From Chloroflexota bacterium (GTDB taxonomy: Bacteria > Chloroflexota > Dehalococcoidia > Lucifugimonadales > JADFKI01): a stretch of DNA of 12,006 nucleotides. Of the stretch, positions 7,520-12,006 are shown in pieces. The stretch covers positions 1-12,006 of the forward strand of contig JAQBUT010000047.1 of assembly GCA_027623195.1 (NCBI GenBank), given 5' to 3'. The notes beneath the pieces were generated by a model. That model saw only the letters and a program-made list of their open reading frames with translations. It was not told the origin of the DNA and did not search any database. The position numbers and the translations under genes are program-made. The first letter of the stretch is position 1; each line of letters opens with the position of its first letter.

Positions 7520-9364
7520 CTACGTGGCTTTCCCCTTAGCTCTGCTACCAGTTCGCCTCAGGCGGTGTCGCGCCAATGTGGACAGTTCTCGTTTACGGAG
7601 CCTGTAGTTCTTGGGTGTGACTTCCACCAGCTCATCTGGAGCGATGAATTCCAGCGCCTCTTCAAGGCTCATCTTAATTACGGGACTAAGTCGGATGGAT
7701 ATGTCCGAGGTTGAAGACCGTACGTTGGTCAGCTTCTTTTCCTTGCAGACGTTAATTTCGAGAGCTTCCAACCTGGGGTGGACCCCAACGATCATGCCTT
7801 CGTACACCGGCGTGCTGGGCTCTATGAAGGTTCCGCCACGTACCTGGGCGTTTAGTAGGCCGTTTATCACGGCAATGCCGGACTCCGAGGCTATTATTAC
7901 GCCGGAATCCGTGTCCTTAACTTCACCAACCATCGGCTTGTATTCTGTGAATATGCTGCTCATTACGCCGTGGCCCCTGGTGGACCGCAGGAATTGTGAG
8001 CGGAAACCAATAAGACCCCGTGTCGGTATGTTGTACTCTAACCTTACGTTGCCGTTGGTGTCGTTTTTCATATCGGTTAGTTGTGCCAGACGTCCGGAAA
8101 GGTCCTCCGTCAGGCTACCGATGTACTCTGATTTAGTATCGATTGTAAGAACCTCGTATGGCTCATGGCGGCGACCGTCTACCATCTTGGTAACAGGCTC
8201 AGGACGGGATACCTGGAACTCGAAATCCTCTCGCCTCATGGTCTCCACCAGAATCGAAAGGTGAAGCTCTCCACGACCCGATACAAGGAACTCCTCCGCG
8301 CTTTCGGTGCGCTCGACTCGCAGGCTTACATTGGTTAGCAGTTCGCGTTGCAGCCTGTCGTAAATCATGCGGGATGTGCAGAACGCTCCCTCCTTGCCCA
8401 CGAAGGGTGAGGTGTTTACCCCAAAGGTCATCATGACCGTCGGCTCCTCTATTTCGATGGGAGGAAGAGCGTCCGGTTGCTCCACCGAAGCGATAGTGTC
8501 TCCGATGGACACGTTGCTTACGCCGGCTAGGGCAATGATATCTCCGGCTTGGGCCTCCGAGACCTCTATCCGTTGCAAACCATGGAATACGAATAGCTTC
8601 TCCAACTTGTGGCGCGTGGGTACCCCGTCCCTCCCGATATGGGCAACCGTATCCCCGGCTTTCAGATTGCCTCGGAAGACTCGTCCGACGGCAATCTGAC
8701 CGATATAGTTGTCGTAGTCAAGTGCCGCCACAAGCATCTGAAGGGGACCTTCCGCTACTTCTGGGGCTGGAATGGTTTCCAGAATGGCGTCAAAAAGGGG
8801 AGTTAGATCAACTCTTGGGTCCTCCATATTCGCCATTGCGTAGCCGTTCCGCGCAGAAGCGTACAAGATTGGGAAGTCCAACTGATCGTCCGTTATTGCA
8901 AGCTCAAGAAACAGGTCTTGCACCAACTCCACAACTTCTTCGACCCTGGCTTCGGGCCTGTCTATCTTGTTGATGAGGACTATGGCCTTGACGTTTTCTT
9001 GCATTGCCTGCTTCAGAACGTACCTAGTTTGAGGCATAGGGCCATCTACGGCGTCGACCAGCAAAAGGCAGCCGTCCGCCATATTCATGATGCGCTGAAC
9101 TTCACCGCTAAAGTCGGCATGGCCCGGGGTATCGATAATGTTGATCTTCACGCCTTTGAAGTTCACGGCGGTGTTCTTCGACAGAATGGTTATGCCGCGT
9201 TCGCGCTCCAGCGGGTTGCTATCCATTATTAGCTCGCCAATTTCTTGGTTGACGCGAAAGACATGCCCCTGTTTTAGAAGGGCGTCTACCAGCGTCGTCT
9301 TTCCGTGGTCGACGTGGGCTATTATGGCGAGATTTCTTATATTCTGATTCGTGGAAGCTTGCAT
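7520..9364 (-). CDS. typA: Translational GTPase TypA/BipA
   Basis: G-motifs [22 protein letters not shown] and NKID; BipA-specific [34 protein letters not shown] and DELVEVTP; 614 aa; GGAG SD upstream. Confidence 0.97.
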   Translation of the reverse strand: MQASTNQNIRNLAIIAHVDHGKTTLVDALLKQGHVFRVNQEIGELIMDSNPLERERGITILSKNTAVNFKGVKINIIDTPGHADFSGEVQRIMNMADGCLLLVDAVDGPMPQTRYVLKQAMQENVKAIVLINKIDRPEARVEEVVELVQDLFLELAITDDQLDFPILYASARNGYAMANMEDPRVDLTPLFDAILETIPAPEVAEGPLQMLVAALDYDNYIGQIAVGRVFRGNLKAGDTVAHIGRDGVPTRHKLEKLFVFHGLQRIEVSEAQAGDIIALAGVSNVSIGDTIASVEQPDALPPIEIEEPTVMMTFGVNTSPFVGKEGAFCTSRMIYDRLQRELLTNVSLRVERTESAEEFLVSGRGELHLSILVETMRREDFEFQVSRPEPVTKMVDGRRHEPYEVLTIDTKSEYIGSLTEDLSGRLAQLTDMKNDTNGNVRLEYNIPTRGLIGFRSQFLRSTRGHGVMSSIFTEYKPMVGEVKDTDSGVIIASESGIAVINGLLNAQVRGGTFIEPSTPVYEGMIVGVHPRLEALEINVCKEKKLTNVRSSTSDISIRLSPVIKMSLEEALEFIAPDELVEVTPKNYRLRKRELSTLARHRLRRTGSRAKGKAT

Positions 9365-9803
9365 TCTTCTCCAGTTATGGCAGGAAATGCCAATAATATT
9401 GAGCTATCTAGATTGTCCGGGTTTGTTGTGAACAATTTACGGTCAACCTATTTATTGGACCGTTTCAGAGGCACAGCAAACGAAATCTGTCTCTTAAAGC
9501 TCTGCTAGAAACAGCTTAACCTATTAATTATATGTGGGATTTCGTACATATGCACCTTATTATCTACTATCCATTTGCTTGATTAGTCGAACGTACTGTT
9601 CAAGAGGGGGGCTGGAGGGAATTCATAGATGATGCGGGTCCAGGCATTGGCACTCTTTTGCTTCGCTGCCTGTGAGCGGGGCAGTAGGCGATTATGGGTC
9701 TGCGCAGGCTGATTTCATAACAGGCCAAAGAGGGTTAGGGCTCTTAATAGAGGGATGGATGGGTGGCCGGTCGCTCACGGGAGGTCATAAGCCGCCAATC
9801 GGC

Positions 9804-9839
9804 AAAAAAAAGAAGACCGAGCATTTAGGGTTTCGGCTT
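9804..9839 (-). terminator. Possible weak Rho-independent terminator downstream of the receiver gene
   Basis: Minus strand AAG-CCGA-N12-TCGG-t-CTT is followed by C and T8. The stem is short and the loop is large. Confidence 0.35.
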
Positions 9840-9952
9840 TCCCGTAATGCATCGGCCTTTGAAGCTTCTCACAGAAACTCTGATCAACATGGTCGGGCGC
9901 AAATTGCTTGACGCCCGAGAACCACGTGAGAGGATAGGCTATGCCTCCGCGC

Positions 9953-10423
9953 CTAGTACGAGGCTGTAACGCCTTCGCTCCTGTCCTTCTCCAATGCCGC
10001 AGCGACGCGCTGCAGTAGGTCGGACATATCGATGGGTTTCGCAAGAAAACCCTCGATTGAATTGCCCAATAGTTTAACAATGAGCATTTTCTCGACCTGT
10101 TGCCCAGAACCCGATATCATCAAGATCGGAATTTCGTCCATCAGTCGAACGATCTTGCAGAATTCGTACCCGTTCATTCTGGGCATGTCCAGGTCGGATA
10201 TGATCAGGTCTGGCCGCTCCTGATAAACCATTTTCAGGCCGTGCGCGCCATCGTCGGCTACCTGGACTTCGTATCCTTCGGTTTCGAGGACAGCTGAGTA
10301 AAGCCTTTGAATTGCCGCATCGTCATCTACGACTAGTATCTTCTTAGCCACTTCCGTATCTCCGTTTAATTTAGTCTTGGAGTCCGAGCTGTAGCCCTGG
10401 TTCGTATTCGGCATTTCGTTCAT
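9953..10423 (-). CDS. Stand-alone response regulator receiver (CheY-like) protein
   Basis: Acidic pocket KILVVDDD, phosphoacceptor PDLIISDLDMP, MNGYE, ISG switch and AKP; no output domain; ~25-aa N-terminal extension. The start could be at 10423 or 10414. Confidence 0.92.
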   Translation of the reverse strand: MNEMPNTNQGYSSDSKTKLNGDTEVAKKILVVDDDAAIQRLYSAVLETEGYEVQVADDGAHGLKMVYQERPDLIISDLDMPRMNGYEFCKIVRLMDEIPILMISGSGQQVEKMLIVKLLGNSIEGFLAKPIDMSDLLQRVAAALEKDRSEGVTASY

Positions 10424-11697
10424 TATCCGTTCTTGCCATTGCCAGTGTTTCCAGCTTTCTTTACTAGGTCAACATTGCCCTCATTGGCAGGCGCGTTGCC
10501 ATTTTGGGTACTGCCCCCATTACCATTACCGTCGTTAGCCGGCGTTGGGTCGGCGGGTGCAGAGCCCGCGCTGCTGCTGTTGCCTTTGTCCGCAGGCGCT
10601 GAGTCTACGCTGGCCCTTGGCTCACCCGCGCTGCTGCTGTTGCCTTTGTCCGCAGGCGCTGAGTCTACGCTGGCCTTTGGCTCACCCGCGCTGCTGCTGT
10701 TGCCTTTGTCCGCAGGCGCTGAGTCTACGCTGGCCTTTGGCTCACCCGCGCTGCTGCTGTTGCCTTGGTCCGCAGGCGCTGAGTCTACGCTGGCCTTTGG
10801 CTCACCTCCGCTGCTGCTGTTGCCTTTGTCCGCAGGAGCTGAGCCCGTGCTGGCCTTATTATCTGATGCGTTGGACCTCCCACCTCTGTTGCTGTTCAAA
10901 TTGGAACCTTCGCTTTGGGGGGAAACAGAGGCGTTTTTATTTGAATTACCGGTTTTTGATGGGCTGTCCGCCTCGCTGGCCTTACTATTTCGGGCAAGGC
11001 TATTCCCGGTTCCAGAAACGTTGCCATCGTGATTCTGGTTTCCGGCCTTGGCTGTTAACTGCTTTCCATTCGGTACATTGAAATCCAGGTTGTTACCCCG
11101 CGGGTGCCCGTTGAGGGAAGCGTCGAAAGTCGTATCCTTAGTGCTGTCGGGGTTACTACTGTTTTTAGCCAAGAAGGCAGGATTGACGACATCTCCGGCG
11201 TTGCCGGCCTTGTTGGACTGGGCTGGCATATTTTTGTCCACGCCGGCATTAGGATTCTTCACCGCGAATCTGCCAATGGGTCGATCGGACTCTTCGGAAT
11301 TTCCGCTCGCTATGCCTAAGCCTTTGAACAACAGCCCGATGCCGTGAGTCTTGGCCGCAGACCAATCGGGTGAGTCGTCGTTCGCATTTCCTTTTGCCTT
11401 TGTGTGGGTTACGTTGGCAGGTCCAGAATTAAGACCAGAATTTGCCTTATCAGATGACCTGTTCTTACTTTTTCCAGCCGGCGCTACCGCCTTATCGGAG
11501 TTATTGTTGGAGCGGTCAGAGGCTAAAACCAGAGGCACCAACTCTATTTCTGTGATCTGTGTTGGCTCCTCATTTGAATCGTCGTCATCGGAAACGGCAG
11601 CCACAGTTTTGGATACCACGTTACGGGGCATAGGAATCAAATTGGCAAATGTATCCGTGGACTCAGGAATTGGCACTGTGCCATTTGAGGCCTCGGG
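10423..11697 (-). CDS. Low-complexity N/S/G/A/K/D-rich protein with 20-aa tandem repeats, probably lacking its native N-terminus
   Basis: About 424 open codons with a strongly biased, disorder-like composition and in-frame 60-bp repeats; its TAA overlaps the receiver ATG (TAATG). The track's first ~76 codons (11925-11698) are mostly the antisense of an acyl-CoA dehydrogenase fragment, so that start is doubtful. The 5' boundary is approximate. Confidence 0.65.
   Translation of the reverse strand, partial: PEASNGTVPIPESTDTFANLIPMPRNVVSKTVAAVSDDDDSNEEPTQITEIELVPLVLASDRSNNNSDKAVAPAGKSKNRSSDKANSGLNSGPANVTHTKAKGNANDDSPDWSAAKTHGIGLLFKGLGIASGNSEESDRPIGRFAVKNPNAGVDKNMPAQSNKAGNAGDVVNPAFLAKNSSNPDSTKDTTFDASLNGHPRGNNLDFNVPNGKQLTAKAGNQNHDGNVSGTGNSLARNSKASEADSPSKTGNSNKNASVSPQSEGSNLNSNRGGRSNASDNKASTGSAPADKGNSSSGGEPKASVDSAPADQGNSSSAGEPKASVDSAPADKGNSSSAGEPKASVDSAPADKGNSSSAGEPRASVDSAPADKGNSSSAGSAPADPTPANDGNGNGGSTQNGNAPANEGNVDLVKKAGNTGNGKNG
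10565..10857. repeat. 60-bp coding tandem repeat, ~4.9 copies, encoding KASVDSAPADKGNSSSAGEP on the minus strand
   Basis: 10621-10680 and 10681-10740 are identical. Neighbouring copies differ by single substitutions (10616, 10767), and the copy at 10801-10857 is more diverged. There are no spacers. Confidence 0.97.
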
Positions 11698-11883
11698 AAT
11701 GTTGTAGACATGGCAATGGATGTTTTCGGTGGCTACGGCATCTTCAAGCGGTCCGGATTCGAGAGGCTGTGGCGTGACGCCAGGTTGGGGAAGATCCATC
11801 CGGGTAACAACGCGCTTAGCCACGAGTTCGTTTCCAAGGTCGCTCTGGGAATCAACCCGGACGAGCCGCCTCGGTGGGGCTAG
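11698..11883 (+). pseudogene. Orphan C-terminal fragment (~61 aa) of an acyl-CoA dehydrogenase-family flavoprotein
   Basis: Translates as NVVDMAMDVFGGYGIFKRSGFERLWRDARLGKIHPGNNALSHEFVSKVALGINPDEPPRWG* (TAG at 11881-11883). It matches the ACAD C-terminal pattern A.(Q/D)..GG.G......ER..RDAR...I..G. An in-frame TGA at 11686-11688 closes the frame upstream. It is absent from the ORF track. Confidence 0.85.
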
Positions 11884-12006
11884 AAATTTAGTTCGCCGAA
11901 TTATCAGGCAAGCTATATCAAACATGAGTCATCCCGAATTTAGGAAAGTGAATTGGGGTGATGGGGAGAAAGCGAGCCATAGGCGGCTCAAAGCGGACCT
12001 GATGCG

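Noticed and set aside
7611..9347. Long antisense ORFs inside typA, and similar ones inside the ABC, ThuA, NHL and ligase genes
   Set aside because: They are typical shadow ORFs opposite well-supported GC-rich genes and have no motifs of their own.
9589..9601. LexA (SOS) box GAAC...GTTC
   Set aside because: The spacer is 5 nt (GAACgtactGTTC), whereas the Gram-positive/Chloroflexi-type box needs N4.
9365..9952. Riboswitch or ncRNA upstream of typA, and track ORFs 9672-9911 and 9775-10080
   Set aside because: I see only short hairpins (e.g. ~9439-9463 and 9893-9918) and no family consensus I can recognise. The ORFs have no recognisable motifs. An Rfam scan would be needed to settle it.
10565..10857. 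CRISPR array
   Set aside because: Units are contiguous 60-mers with no unique spacers, keep a reading frame, and there are no cas genes in the window.
10433..11081. Plus-strand ORFs, including the Cys-rich (HPRCCCCLCPQ)n 'metallothionein-like' 178-aa ORF and the Leu-rich 199-aa ORF
   Set aside because: They are antisense shadows of the stop-free 60-bp repeat; poly-Cys and poly-Leu come from the complement of AGC (Ser) runs. I see no convincing SD or start.
11698..11925. N-terminal ~76 aa of the 500-aa ORF as a real protein start
   Set aside because: Most of it is the reverse complement of a recognisable acyl-CoA dehydrogenase C-terminus, it differs in composition from the rest of the ORF, and it has no clear SD.
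11884..12006. Gene end or terminator at the window edge (GAGCC-N6-GGCTC hairpin near 11974-11989)
   Set aside because: The stem is only 5 bp with no clear U-tract, and too little sequence remains to assign a CDS.

Overview
Bacterial chromosomal window; gene style suggests Chloroflexota (Dehalococcoidia/SAR202-like), but that is inference only. In order: a 5'-truncated Zn/Mn ABC ATPase and permease (+), convergent with a Fur/Zur-family regulator (-); a 64-aa GDCCVxC Cys-rich protein; a ThuA-like protein; a divergent single-domain globin split by a 1-nt frameshift; a bidirectional terminator; a six-repeat NHL propeller; a frameshifted acyl-AMP ligase-ACP-acyltransferase fusion; typA; a ~590-bp intergenic gap; a stand-alone receiver protein; and a low-complexity protein with 60-bp tandem repeats whose stop overlaps the receiver start. 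The ORF track misses three things. (1) The globin N-terminal half at 3236-3394. (2) The true N-terminus of the acyl ligase at 7451. (3) An orphan acyl-CoA dehydrogenase C-terminal fragment at ~11698-11883 (+), joined back-to-back to the apparently headless repeat protein, which marks a rearrangement or chimera junction. I see no CRISPR array, rRNA, tRNA or recognisable mobile element. I cannot support a clearly new biological system. The best leads are the junction, the repeat-protein/receiver pair, the split globin and the atypical HX5D acyltransferase fusion. Sequencing or assembly error must be excluded first for the frameshifts and the junction.
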